In this document: one piece after another, positions 37,762-47,121 of the stretch
Position numbering within the stretch: the first letter of the stretch is position 1
Layout of the letters: the number at the start of each line of letters is the position of its first letter
IMG/VR virus record: IMGVR_UViG_3300001533_003144
Location: 55,996-119,995 of that record
DNA from: a virus
Length of the DNA: 64,000 bases
Strand: one strand, 5' to 3'
Made by a program: the position numbers and the translations under genes
Notes under the pieces: model-generated
Database searches by the model: none
What the model saw: the letters and a program-made list of their open reading frames with translations, nothing else
Told to the model about the DNA's origin: nothing

Positions 37762-38316
37762 ATGCCTGTAGTCTATAAAAATCATACTTTTAATTTTCCC
37801 AACATAAGAGAGGTTATTCAAGAAATATCTTCTAAATTTAATCTGTCGCCTAAAGAGGTTTTTGTTAATGACCTTGATATTGGTAATATAAACAATGCCG
37901 GGGTTGTTATTTATATTGAAGGAAACCCTTTTTATGTTGTACTTGACTCGGAAAAGGAGGAGGTTGCCAGGTTAGATGTGATTGAAGATCCTTATTATTA
38001 TCTAGCCACTTTATTGGATCAAGAGGTTGAGTCTTTAATAGATAAAAAGGCTTTAAGGCAGGTTTTGTCTGAGACTCCTTATAAAGGTTATCTGGACTTA
38101 CTTGAAAAGAAGGGTGCAGTATCTTTTCTGAAAGAGGATTTAGGTTTAAAGGGTAATGATCTTTATAGCTATCTTGTGGATAATTTTTTTATAAGTCCGC
38201 AAGAGTTGGCTTTTTATATTGTAGATGTTTATGGAGCCAGTCGCCCTTTATCTAAGTCAGATGAAGAGTTTGACTTGGAAACTGCTCCGGGCTTTGTTTA
38301 TTATTTATATAGTTAG
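37762..38316 (+). CDS. Acidic protein, paralog 2 of tandem triplet
   Basis: FISPQELAFYIVDVYG; shared architecture. Confidence 0.65.
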   Translation: MPVVYKNHTFNFPNIREVIQEISSKFNLSPKEVFVNDLDIGNINNAGVVIYIEGNPFYVVLDSEKEEVARLDVIEDPYYYLATLLDQEVESLIDKKALRQVLSETPYKGYLDLLEKKGAVSFLKEDLGLKGNDLYSYLVDNFFISPQELAFYIVDVYGASRPLSKSDEEFDLETAPGFVYYLYS

Positions 38317-38325
38317 GAGGCTATT

Positions 38326-38973
38326 ATGCCAAACCAAGAAGAACAGGGAACACTTAAAGAACAGATTAGGGAGATTTTAGAGATTAATTCTTCCCCGATT
38401 GTGGATGAAGAGGTTATAAATATCATTGAAACCCTTATGGAGGATGAGGGGCTTGATATTGATAGTTATAACCAAATAACCGTTACGGATGTCTTTTTTG
38501 CTCCTAACGGGATTTCTGTGTCTTTCGACGAAGAAGAATATTATGTTATCCCTGAAGGGGAAGAAGAAGAAGCTGCAATAGCTTATCTTCTTAACAATGA
38601 AGAGGAATTTCTTTATACTTTAAACCCTTCTTTTCTTGAAACTCATATTGAGGAAGAAGATGTTATAGATCTTTATCTGGATGATTACACTGGAAGTTTT
38701 TCTGAAGAAGGCGAAGATGAAGATACTGCTGAGGATCGTGCTAAAGAGTATCTTGAAGAGGAGTTGAGTGAGGGTGTTTTAAAGTTTTTTAAAAATCTTG
38801 GTTTAGCCAAGAAGGGTCTTTCAGGGTTTTTACTTGAAAACGGTCTTGTAGATACCCGTGAAGTGGCTGAAGATGCTGTTTCTATAGACGGTGTGGGTCA
38901 TTTCCTTTCAGGTCATGACGGTGCAGAAAGGCGGCTTGGTGATATGTCCTATTATTACTATCGTTGGAACTGA
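38326..38973 (+). CDS. Highly acidic protein, paralog 3 of tandem triplet
   Basis: LVDTREVAEDAVSIDGVGHFLSGHDGAE; AGGAGG RBS. Confidence 0.7.
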   Translation: MPNQEEQGTLKEQIREILEINSSPIVDEEVINIIETLMEDEGLDIDSYNQITVTDVFFAPNGISVSFDEEEYYVIPEGEEEEAAIAYLLNNEEEFLYTLNPSFLETHIEEEDVIDLYLDDYTGSFSEEGEDEDTAEDRAKEYLEEELSEGVLKFFKNLGLAKKGLSGFLLENGLVDTREVAEDAVSIDGVGHFLSGHDGAERRLGDMSYYYYRWN

Positions 38974-38997
38974 TTCTTATTAATTAAATCTATCTTC

Positions 38998-39007
38998 TTA
39001 TATAATA
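38998..39007 (+). promoter_or_regulatory. Putative late promoter TTATATAATA, copy 6
   Basis: Upstream of tail protein 39048. Confidence 0.65.
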
Positions 39008-39047
39008 TCTGTAGAGTATTTTTGTTGTGCTTTCTATGGAGGAAATT

Positions 39048-41357
39048 ATGTCGGGAATAATTGAGAAAATCAGGTTTGATGAGAAAGGTGTAAAAGCAAC
39101 CCCTAAACCTACAGATTATGGTGCTGTGCTTGATATGGAAGATCTCAAGCCGGGTAAGATACCTGGTACTTGGATACCTAAAGTTAAGAGAGCTTTACTT
39201 AGTTCTTTTCCTGGTGGAGGTAGTGGGGGTGAAAGCCTTTCCGTTTTTACTAATGTTATACGAATAGAGCCTAATGCTACTGAAAATATTGCAGGTAAGC
39301 TTTATAAAACTTTTGCGGATGCTGATGCCTATATTCAGGGTCAGTCTCCTGCAACTGATAACAGGTTCTCAATTGAATTGCCCTCAGGAGATTTTAATCA
39401 GAATATAATTATTAGGCCTCATGTTAAGATTGAAGGACATAAGACTGTTCTTACCGGAACAGTCTTTTCCGAATTTAAGTTTCTACCTTTTGAGAATGTC
39501 AGTCCTTTGGATAATTCAGCTTATATCGAAAATTGTGTTATTACTGATCTTGATCTGTCTAACGGTCTTATGCCTCCCTCTTTTGCTGGAGAATGGGAAT
39601 TTTTTACAGCTTATTCTGTTGATGAAAGGGTTTATCATAATACCCTTTCTACCGGAGAAATGAAAGTCTATAAGTCTTTACAGGACGCAAACACAGGTAA
39701 TGATCCAGAGATTTCTCCGACTTTTTGGGAGGATGAAACTGAACCTTATGGGATGCCGGTTCTTTTTACAAATAAATGTTTTTTCAATGTAAGTGCTTTT
39801 GTTAAGCCTGATGCAGGAGACCCCAACAACCTTCCTTGTGCAATAGTGAGTAAAGAAACTCATTATATTGATGGGGATTTTACCGGTAAAATTATAATGT
39901 TCGGTTATTATAATATGTTTTTAGCCGGAGAATATCCTGCCTATCTTTCTGAACCTTTTATGAGTATGGCAGCCTTTACCCAAAAATTTGCCAGTATAGA
40001 GGGTGGAAATTATAATAGTGGTAAACTGGAACTATGCTCTTTTCCTGATTCTGGAAAAGCTTTAGAGATGAAACGGGGTTTTTATGAAATACATACTTGT
40101 GTTTTTAATAAGGCAAAAATGAATTTTTGGGTAAATCGGGTTGATACTCCTATACCTTCTTATGATGGAAAAAGCCTTTTTGAGAACTGTGTTCTTAATG
40201 GGATTAGTTTTATATGGGAACCTACTGGAGATCCTGATCAGTATGATACTGCTTATGATTTAATTATTAGAGGGGGGGTTATTGGAGGAGGAACAGAGGT
40301 TAAAGTAGATGCAGGTTCTGTTCCCCCTGATCCGCTTTTTATGCGTAGAATACTTACTTATGGGGTTGTCGGTACGTTTACTTTCGGGGCTTCTATGGAT
40401 CAATCTTTTGTTAGAAATTCGGGGGACTATTATAGTAACGAAGTTTCCGGTTTATCTGCCGGAGATTTTCAAAACGCTATAGATGAAATTGTGGGTATGA
40501 TACCTTCAATACAGGGTAACGAGGCGTTTCCGGCTTTGTTTGAAGGAGATCCTCATACACTTACTTCTGGTGTGTTTGGTAGTGGTAGGTGTTGCTATTC
40601 CGGATTTGGTAGGGTTGTTTATACTCACAGACATCATGTGGATCCCGATGATTGGTCTTTATATATGAAACCCGATAATGTCCTTGATTCAGGTCAACTT
40701 ATGTTCTATGATGATAATGCTGGGGCTGGTACTTATCCTATTAAATCTGTTGAATTAATAGGTATTTCTACAAACAATCCTGAAGTGCTTTTTGAATTGG
40801 ACGAGGGTGGTGTTTTTAATATTTATTATAAGTTGTTGGACGGCATGGATTTTACTACAAAACATTTTCGAGTTTCGGGCAGTAACCCTTTGTATGTAGG
40901 AAAAAACCTTTCAGGGGAGAAGTGTTTTATGTATCAGGAACCTTCATTGGGGGAAGCTTATCTTTACAATTTGGATATGGGTAGTAGTTCACAGATATTT
41001 ACCACTTTTAGTTATACACAAAGCACTTATATAGGCAATGGGATTGTATTGTATGTTGGTTCTGATAATAAAATATACCGGAAAAATGTTTTTGATGGAA
41101 CTGCTCCTACTCTTGTGGTTGATAATACTTCTTGTACAGATGTTTTATACATAGGAAATAATGAGATAATTGTAAACATGGGTTCTAATCTATATCGTAA
41201 AAACCTTTCAGATGGCAACACTGATGTGGGTTCTTTTCTTTTGTCTCTTGCTGATTTTGAAGATTTAGCTTATGGTGGTAACGGTCAGATTCTTTACTTT
41301 TTAAGTGGGGGTGTTTTAGGAAGTCCTTTATACCGTAAGCAGATAAACATTAAATGA
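39048..41357 (+). CDS. Tail fibre/tailspike-like protein (beta-helix, CBM-like insert, C-terminal propeller)
   Basis: YKTFADA...IELPSG pectin-lyase-type start; W....Y...V.H...YKSL...NTGNDP....W CBM5/12-like motif; YIGN...IYRKN blades. Confidence 0.6.
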   Translation: MSGIIEKIRFDEKGVKATPKPTDYGAVLDMEDLKPGKIPGTWIPKVKRALLSSFPGGGSGGESLSVFTNVIRIEPNATENIAGKLYKTFADADAYIQGQSPATDNRFSIELPSGDFNQNIIIRPHVKIEGHKTVLTGTVFSEFKFLPFENVSPLDNSAYIENCVITDLDLSNGLMPPSFAGEWEFFTAYSVDERVYHNTLSTGEMKVYKSLQDANTGNDPEISPTFWEDETEPYGMPVLFTNKCFFNVSAFVKPDAGDPNNLPCAIVSKETHYIDGDFTGKIIMFGYYNMFLAGEYPAYLSEPFMSMAAFTQKFASIEGGNYNSGKLELCSFPDSGKALEMKRGFYEIHTCVFNKAKMNFWVNRVDTPIPSYDGKSLFENCVLNGISFIWEPTGDPDQYDTAYDLIIRGGVIGGGTEVKVDAGSVPPDPLFMRRILTYGVVGTFTFGASMDQSFVRNSGDYYSNEVSGLSAGDFQNAIDEIVGMIPSIQGNEAFPALFEGDPHTLTSGVFGSGRCCYSGFGRVVYTHRHHVDPDDWSLYMKPDNVLDSGQLMFYDDNAGAGTYPIKSVELIGISTNNPEVLFELDEGGVFNIYYKLLDGMDFTTKHFRVSGSNPLYVGKNLSGEKCFMYQEPSLGEAYLYNLDMGSSSQIFTTFSYTQSTYIGNGIVLYVGSDNKIYRKNVFDGTAPTLVVDNTSCTDVLYIGNNEIIVNMGSNLYRKNLSDGNTDVGSFLLSLADFEDLAYGGNGQILYFLSGGVLGSPLYRKQINIK

Positions 41358-41376
41358 TATGAAATAAAGGTGTTTT

Positions 41377-41916
41377 ATGAAAGCCGTTTATGTCCGGAAA
41401 AATGGTAGTATAACAGGCAGTGGTGATATCTTTTCTCCTTTACCTTCTTTGGAAGCTGCCTTATCTGTAGTTGATTCCGGGGGTATTATTGATATAGGTC
41501 CTGGTTATTTTCATTCCCTATTTTTAGATGTAGGTTTAATTTCAGTCCTTACTTTCCGTTGTTCTTACCAAACTGAGGTTAAGGTAGATTATTTTCTTGA
41601 TCGTCCCGACAGTAATATAAAGATATCGGGAGGGTCTTGGTTGGTTGGTGCTATAGATTTTCCTGATTGTATATTATGGTGTGATGAAAACGATTTTGTG
41701 TTTATGGATGAAGAAGGTAAAGCTTTCTGTGATTTAGAGGATATGTCTGTAAGTGCCTGTTGGTTTGTTGCTGATGAGGATGAGACCGTTTTTGCTGATG
41801 AAGATGATATACCTTTCTGTACCTTGTCCGATCCTTCTGTGGACACTCTTTTTGCTGATGAGGGCGAAGTTGTGTTTGTGGATGAAAGTGATAAAGGTTT
41901 TGAGGATCTTTTATGA
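41377..41916 (+). CDS. Tail-associated protein with acidic F-x-DE repeats
   Basis: VYV....GSG..FSP..SL..AL start; repeated (F/W)xDE.D/E motif. Confidence 0.5.
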   Translation: MKAVYVRKNGSITGSGDIFSPLPSLEAALSVVDSGGIIDIGPGYFHSLFLDVGLISVLTFRCSYQTEVKVDYFLDRPDSNIKISGGSWLVGAIDFPDCILWCDENDFVFMDEEGKAFCDLEDMSVSACWFVADEDETVFADEDDIPFCTLSDPSVDTLFADEGEVVFVDESDKGFEDLL

Positions 41917-43388
41917 TTATATTTGATAATGTTCAGTTAGAAGTTTTGTCTGTTTTGACTCCTTCTATTTTTTATCATTCTAATATAAAGGTTTTGGAGG
42001 ATGGCTCAAAGGGTATTTATGTTTCCTCTAAGGTTGAATTAACTGAAAAATCTTCTTATTCATTGTTGGACTTTAAATTCTACTTTTGTGAAGTAAATAA
42101 AAGTGATGTGTTGCAGGATGTTCTGGTACCTTTAAATGGCCTTATGGTCGAAAGCTTTGTAGATCTTGGTGAATATAAATATTTTGGTTCAGAAGGGTAC
42201 AAGGTAGATAAATCAGATTCCGGTAATGGTTTGTTGTTTGATGATCGTTATGGGTTTTTAAATGATTTATATGTTCCTTACAGTTCTTTAAACGGTACTG
42301 TATGGGACGCCGGTTATGATTATTCAGAAGATACTCGGTTAGATTTCTTATTTTATTATGTGAACCCTGCTTTACGGGAGTTGATAGCTTTTTCTAAAGG
42401 TATTTATGTTGGGAAGTTTGACCCCGATTATGTCTCCTCAACAGTACTATATCCTTCAAACATACTGAGATATATTTCAGGTCTGTTTCCTGAAGATATG
42501 TTTCTTTCTGAAGAGATAATAAAAATTACTGGTATATTTGATAATTATGATACATCCGGGATAGCCTCCCTTTTCCCGAAAAACGATTTGGAATTAAGGA
42601 GTTTTTTAAGGTCAATTGCTGTTACGCTCGGTAAGGTTTCCGGGAACATCTTAACATTGAAAAAGGCTATAAGATCCTTATTCGCTCCTGATTTTACTCC
42701 TGATAGCTATCAGATGGATCTCAATAAACATTTTACTTTCCGGGTAGGTGAGTCTATATTTAACTATAATCCTGCTGATGGTAAGTTGACATTTAATCCG
42801 TTGTTACGGTCTATACCTTTTTACTTTACCGGAGACAATCATTTATTGAATGTTACAAGGATCTCTGTTTTACCTGAATATTTTCTGGATCCAGATAAAA
42901 CTTATTTAGTGTACTTTAATTTAATTGATCAGGAAGTTGTTGTGGTTGAGGTGGGTTCTCCTTATGTTTTTGAGAGTATCCAAAAGGCTCTGGACATTTT
43001 AACGGGTTTAAAAATCCTGCCTCTTTTCGGTGTACATCTGAATGGGTCACGGGAGTTTGAAAAGATGCTTTTTTTTCAGACCGCTTTAATTAATTCGGAA
43101 GAGACTCCGGTAACTAAGTTTAATGCTTTGGTCAGGTCTTATGCTACTAAAAGTCGATCAGCTAATCTATTTACAAACCTGTCCAAAGAAGATGTTGCAG
43201 TACGGTTAATTGAGAATGTAGTGTCACAGTCTTTTGCAAAAGATACTCGATTATTTGTTTTTCTCCGGGATTTCTTATCGGCTTTCTTTGTGGAAGAAGA
43301 GGATGTTTTCCTTGTGGACGAAGATGAAAGTTTAATAGAAGATTTTGATGCTTCTGACAATGGTGTGTATATAAAAGAAGTTACATAG
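41913..43388 (+). CDS. Putative baseplate/tail protein
   Basis: ATGA-coupled to upstream gene; ends with the same F-x-DE repeats. Confidence 0.45.
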   Translation: MIIFDNVQLEVLSVLTPSIFYHSNIKVLEDGSKGIYVSSKVELTEKSSYSLLDFKFYFCEVNKSDVLQDVLVPLNGLMVESFVDLGEYKYFGSEGYKVDKSDSGNGLLFDDRYGFLNDLYVPYSSLNGTVWDAGYDYSEDTRLDFLFYYVNPALRELIAFSKGIYVGKFDPDYVSSTVLYPSNILRYISGLFPEDMFLSEEIIKITGIFDNYDTSGIASLFPKNDLELRSFLRSIAVTLGKVSGNILTLKKAIRSLFAPDFTPDSYQMDLNKHFTFRVGESIFNYNPADGKLTFNPLLRSIPFYFTGDNHLLNVTRISVLPEYFLDPDKTYLVYFNLIDQEVVVVEVGSPYVFESIQKALDILTGLKILPLFGVHLNGSREFEKMLFFQTALINSEETPVTKFNALVRSYATKSRSANLFTNLSKEDVAVRLIENVVSQSFAKDTRLFVFLRDFLSAFFVEEEDVFLVDEDESLIEDFDASDNGVYIKEVT

Positions 43389-43397
43389 GGGGTTGTT

Positions 43398-46379
43398 ATG
43401 TTAGTTAAATCACATAAACTGTTTATTGGTGATCAAGGTGATGTTATTCCCGTAGAAGCCCGTGTGAGTAAGGAGGCCGTATCTTCTTTACTTTCTTCTT
43501 TCTCGGTTTCCGGGGTTAAGCTTCTTCCTAAAGAAGAAGGTTCTTTTCTTTGTACTAATTATATCTTTCCTATAAAAGGTTCTGTAGTAAAGAACTCTTC
43601 AGGGAAAAGGTTTGGTAAGGTTTCCTGTTTTGGTAAATCTCATTATTTTAAACTGGTTTCCGGTGAACTTAATGATGCCATAAAACAGGTTAGAGCTATT
43701 ATAGATGAAGTGTTTGCAGGTGATGTGGTTTCGACTTTTGAGTTTAAAGATGGTTCGTATGTTTCTGCTGTAAGTATGGGATCTGGTCAGCCTGTTTATT
43801 CGCGGTTTATTTTGTCAGGGAAACCTTCCAGTCAGGCTGGTGTTTTCTTGAAAAGGGTTGAAGCTATGCCGGTAGATAAACGGACTTCTTATATAGACAA
43901 AAAGGTTGAAGGTTCTGATAAGTCCTTTGAAGTTGTATCATCAAAAAGATCGCCAAGTATGTTCCGGGTTTATGCTACAAAGATGAGTCGTGTAGTACAT
44001 CATCTTGATAAAGCGGCTATGGGAGAGGGTACTGTAGGTATTTTTACTTCGTTTCAAGCTCCTCGTAAAGGATCTACAATAGACCATACTAAGAACGAAA
44101 AGAATTATCGTGAACTCGGTAATATCTTAAAAAACCTTTTAAGCGGACCAATTCCTATGGATGGTGTGTGGCAAGGAGAAGCAGAAAAATCTTATATGGT
44201 TCCTGATATACCTTTAGAGATGTTGAAAGCCCTTAATAATAGGTACAATCAGGCTGCTTTTATCTATGCAGGACCAGAAACTTCTGGATCCTTTCAGTTA
44301 TGGGGTAGTCCTTCTCCGGGATCTGGTCCAGAGGACTATCAGATTATAGATACTTGGAACAATTATGCTGTGTCTGGTCTAAAAGAACCTCAAGGATATA
44401 CACGGTTACCTGATACTCCTCATAAATTCAGTTACTATGAGGGAGGTGATACTCCTCAAGAATATCTTAAAGCTGTGGATGATCTTAATTCTTTTGTTAA
44501 TAAAGGCATTGAACAGGTTAAAGTGCAGTTTCCTGAGGCTAAAAGGGAGCCTCGGGTTAGAGAAAAACACGAGAAGTTGAAAGAACAGGTGGCAGCTTCA
44601 AAGGAACTTCCTCCTGACCCTTTTGCAAGGCCTACTGTAGTTCCTTCTTATTATAAGGTATGGTTTTTGGAATCTGATCCTGATTTAAAAAGTAAGCCTG
44701 TAGTTCTTTTTGATAAAATCTCAAGAAAGGACTGGCAGCAATATATTAGGGATAATGTTTTAATGTTTGTTCCGGAAGAGACTCCTACTTCACTGGTTTC
44801 AGGGCATTATTCCGATACGGAAGGTAATGTTTATCTTATAGGGTATCCTGATCAGGAACACCCTTTCGGGGTAGATTCATCTTCACAGGAGGGTATTTAC
44901 TATGTCTCTGCAACTAAGTCAGGTAATCCGGAGAAGATGGAATTTGGTTGGGGGCGTGGTTTTTATTTAAATCCTCATAAAGAAGAAGCCTTAGAGATCA
45001 GTGAGAATGCTGTCCCTGTTAGGTTGAAGCTAAATAGTCCTTATGATGCCAATAAAGGGATACCTGAAGGGATTGAGGGTACTCAGGTGCATTCTGAATG
45101 GGTCAATAAGTTCCGGAACAAAGAAGAAGTCTTAGAAGAAGAGATTTTAGATCCCAGAGATTTTTGGGAGCAGTATGATCGTTATGCCTCTGAGGTTTTA
45201 CAGGAGTTGGGTTATGACGGTATTGTTAATGTAGATATTGGAAGTTCACCTACCTGGGCATTTGTTTTTAATTTAGATTCTTTAGTTGTTCAAGCCAACC
45301 TTAAACATCTTCCGTATTATAATAGAGGGAAAAGGAAACAGAACCCTGGAGGTAATATGGAAACAAAAAGTATGTATGCTTCGGTAGGGTATTGGATTAG
45401 TCCGGTTGGTGCGGTAGTTGAGTGTCATACTTCTCACATTGCAGAAATAATCCGTAAACCTGAGAATTTTGGTTACACTACAGAGAGGATTGATGAACTG
45501 TACGAGAAACACAATGAACCTAAAGGACACGAAGGTCACGCCCGTGAAGAGATTATGAGAGACCTGATCGGGAAAGGTTGGATCCGTATCCGGTGGGTCC
45601 CAAAACGGTATGCTTTTGTTGTTCAGATAGCCCGTATGTCTAAAAAGGTTATGGATAATTTACAGAAATGGGCTATGCAGCTTGTTCAAAGTGGCTCAAT
45701 GCCTAATGCGGATGTCTCTATTCTACCAATTGATTCTGGGGTAGATCAGTCTTTTCACAGCCTCAAAGACATCGCGGCAGATGTGCTTTTTACAACTTAT
45801 GCTAAGGAGGTTTCAATGTCATTTAAAGTTGTGTTTGAAAATGGTGATTATCTTTTCACTAAACTATCTCCGGGTAAGACCTTGGAAGATGCTAAAGATT
45901 ATTACATAGGAAAAGAGTTTACTTTTGGGACTGGAGATAAAACAGATCCCGAAAGAGAGGTTAAGGCTGTTGATGTCTTTTCTGTTGGTGATATTAAAGC
46001 CTCATCTTCGGTACCTCAACAGGCAATTGATGCTTACAAAGAGGCCGTGATCTGGACTAATGAAGAGATGTGGAAAAGAGATGATCCTGAAGCTTCTTTT
46101 GATTTCTCTGACTTTTCTCCGGGAGCTTTACAGACAATTCAAGAGGATCTCGGTAAGTTTTATTCCGAAAACTCCGAGGATATTGAAATGTTCAAAAAAG
46201 AACACGGTGTAGATGATTCTCAGGTGGCTCATTCTTTCTGGTTGACCAGAGAAGGACACGGTGCAGGGTTCATTGATTTCGATTCGGAATATGCTGATCG
46301 TCTTAGCGAGGCTTCCGGGGTTTTTGGTGAAGCTGATGCCTATGTCGGTGATGATGGTCAGATCTATTTTATGCGATAA
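43398..46379 (+). CDS. Polyvalent/mosaic polyprotein (DUF3293-like, ART-PolyVal-like and other modules)
   Basis: GIFTSF...N..N..L...G.WQGEAEKSY.V...YNQAAFI; GRGFYL...VPVRLKLNSP...LGYDGIV...FVFN; GYWISPVG...GWIRIR; HSFWLTREGHGAGF; linkers VEA, VYA, VAAS, VQA, IKASS. Confidence 0.7.
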   Translation: MLVKSHKLFIGDQGDVIPVEARVSKEAVSSLLSSFSVSGVKLLPKEEGSFLCTNYIFPIKGSVVKNSSGKRFGKVSCFGKSHYFKLVSGELNDAIKQVRAIIDEVFAGDVVSTFEFKDGSYVSAVSMGSGQPVYSRFILSGKPSSQAGVFLKRVEAMPVDKRTSYIDKKVEGSDKSFEVVSSKRSPSMFRVYATKMSRVVHHLDKAAMGEGTVGIFTSFQAPRKGSTIDHTKNEKNYRELGNILKNLLSGPIPMDGVWQGEAEKSYMVPDIPLEMLKALNNRYNQAAFIYAGPETSGSFQLWGSPSPGSGPEDYQIIDTWNNYAVSGLKEPQGYTRLPDTPHKFSYYEGGDTPQEYLKAVDDLNSFVNKGIEQVKVQFPEAKREPRVREKHEKLKEQVAASKELPPDPFARPTVVPSYYKVWFLESDPDLKSKPVVLFDKISRKDWQQYIRDNVLMFVPEETPTSLVSGHYSDTEGNVYLIGYPDQEHPFGVDSSSQEGIYYVSATKSGNPEKMEFGWGRGFYLNPHKEEALEISENAVPVRLKLNSPYDANKGIPEGIEGTQVHSEWVNKFRNKEEVLEEEILDPRDFWEQYDRYASEVLQELGYDGIVNVDIGSSPTWAFVFNLDSLVVQANLKHLPYYNRGKRKQNPGGNMETKSMYASVGYWISPVGAVVECHTSHIAEIIRKPENFGYTTERIDELYEKHNEPKGHEGHAREEIMRDLIGKGWIRIRWVPKRYAFVVQIARMSKKVMDNLQKWAMQLVQSGSMPNADVSILPIDSGVDQSFHSLKDIAADVLFTTYAKEVSMSFKVVFENGDYLFTKLSPGKTLEDAKDYYIGKEFTFGTGDKTDPEREVKAVDVFSVGDIKASSSVPQQAIDAYKEAVIWTNEEMWKRDDPEASFDFSDFSPGALQTIQEDLGKFYSENSEDIEMFKKEHGVDDSQVAHSFWLTREGHGAGFIDFDSEYADRLSEASGVFGEADAYVGDDGQIYFMR
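45310..45321 (+). promoter_or_regulatory. TTCCGTATTATA motif, copy 4 (inside the 993-aa ORF)
   Basis: Followed by GGAGG 45348-45352 and in-frame ATG 45357. Confidence 0.55.
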
Positions 46380-46471
46380 ATTCTCCTTTTCTCCTAAAAG
46401 TTTTAAAAATCTTTTCTTTATTTTATTTAAATAAATTGAGCAGTTATCTTCTGTGCTGTAAAAAAGTTACT

Positions 46472-46517
46472 GGAAATTGAAAATTTCTCTTGACATAGGG
46501 TGTCAATCTGATATTCT
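46472..46517 (+). promoter_or_regulatory. Sigma70-type early promoter with inverted repeats
   Basis: 30 nt identical to 4301-4330; TTGACA 46490-46495 and TG-A-TATTCT; also TTGACA-N5-TGTCAA palindrome. Confidence 0.75.
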
Positions 46518-46552
46518 TTAAGTAGATCATTTACTTTTTGTTGGAGGTAACA

Positions 46553-46945
46553 ATGTTCATATTTCAAATAATTTCTCATCCGAAAGAAGGTTACGAGTGT
46601 TACTCAATAACAGATATGTCCAGAGAAGATAAGTTTTCTCTGATCTTTTTTCGGTACGATAAAAGGTCTCAGTGGTATCTTCACTCTGCTTGGGTTGTTC
46701 CTGATAATCAAGCCGAACAATTTAATAAAGATTATGGAGATGAAGGTAGGCTTCCTTATGAGAAAAGGAACAGTGTTGTTTTTGGGTATTGTTACTGGGA
46801 GGATTGTTTTACTCCTTTTAATAAAGCTAATGCTAAACTGGTCGAGAGGTTTGTTACCTTCCGAGAGAAGGGCAGCTTTGATCAGCTACAGCGTTTCTGT
46901 ATAAGTGTTTTAAATTCCTGTCTTTATGGTGGAGGTGCTAAATGA
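46553..46945 (+). CDS. Early hypothetical protein
   Basis: GGAGG RBS; first gene after the early promoter. Confidence 0.6.
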   Translation: MFIFQIISHPKEGYECYSITDMSREDKFSLIFFRYDKRSQWYLHSAWVVPDNQAEQFNKDYGDEGRLPYEKRNSVVFGYCYWEDCFTPFNKANAKLVERFVTFREKGSFDQLQRFCISVLNSCLYGGGAK

Positions 46946-47097
46946 GTTGTCCTAAGTATGATGAAGAAAAAAATGTAATGGTTTGTCCCGAATGTGGGGC
47001 AGAAATGACAACAGAGGGGTGTTCTGATGATATGGCTGCTTATACAAGCGGTCGATGTTCAGAGTGTTGGTTTTCTTGTTGTGGTGGATGTATATAA
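46942..47097 (+). CDS. 51-aa Cys-rich zinc-ribbon-like protein (not in ORF track)
   Basis: GGAGG RBS; CPECG...CSEC..SCCGGC. Confidence 0.55.
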   Translation: MSCPKYDEEKNVMVCPECGAEMTTEGCSDDMAAYTSGRCSECWFSCCGGCI

Positions 47098-47121
47098 AAA
47101 CTTGACACTTGGAGGTTTTAA

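Noticed and set aside
46380-46440. Rho-independent terminator after the polyprotein
   Set aside because: T-rich but without a convincing GC-rich hairpin.
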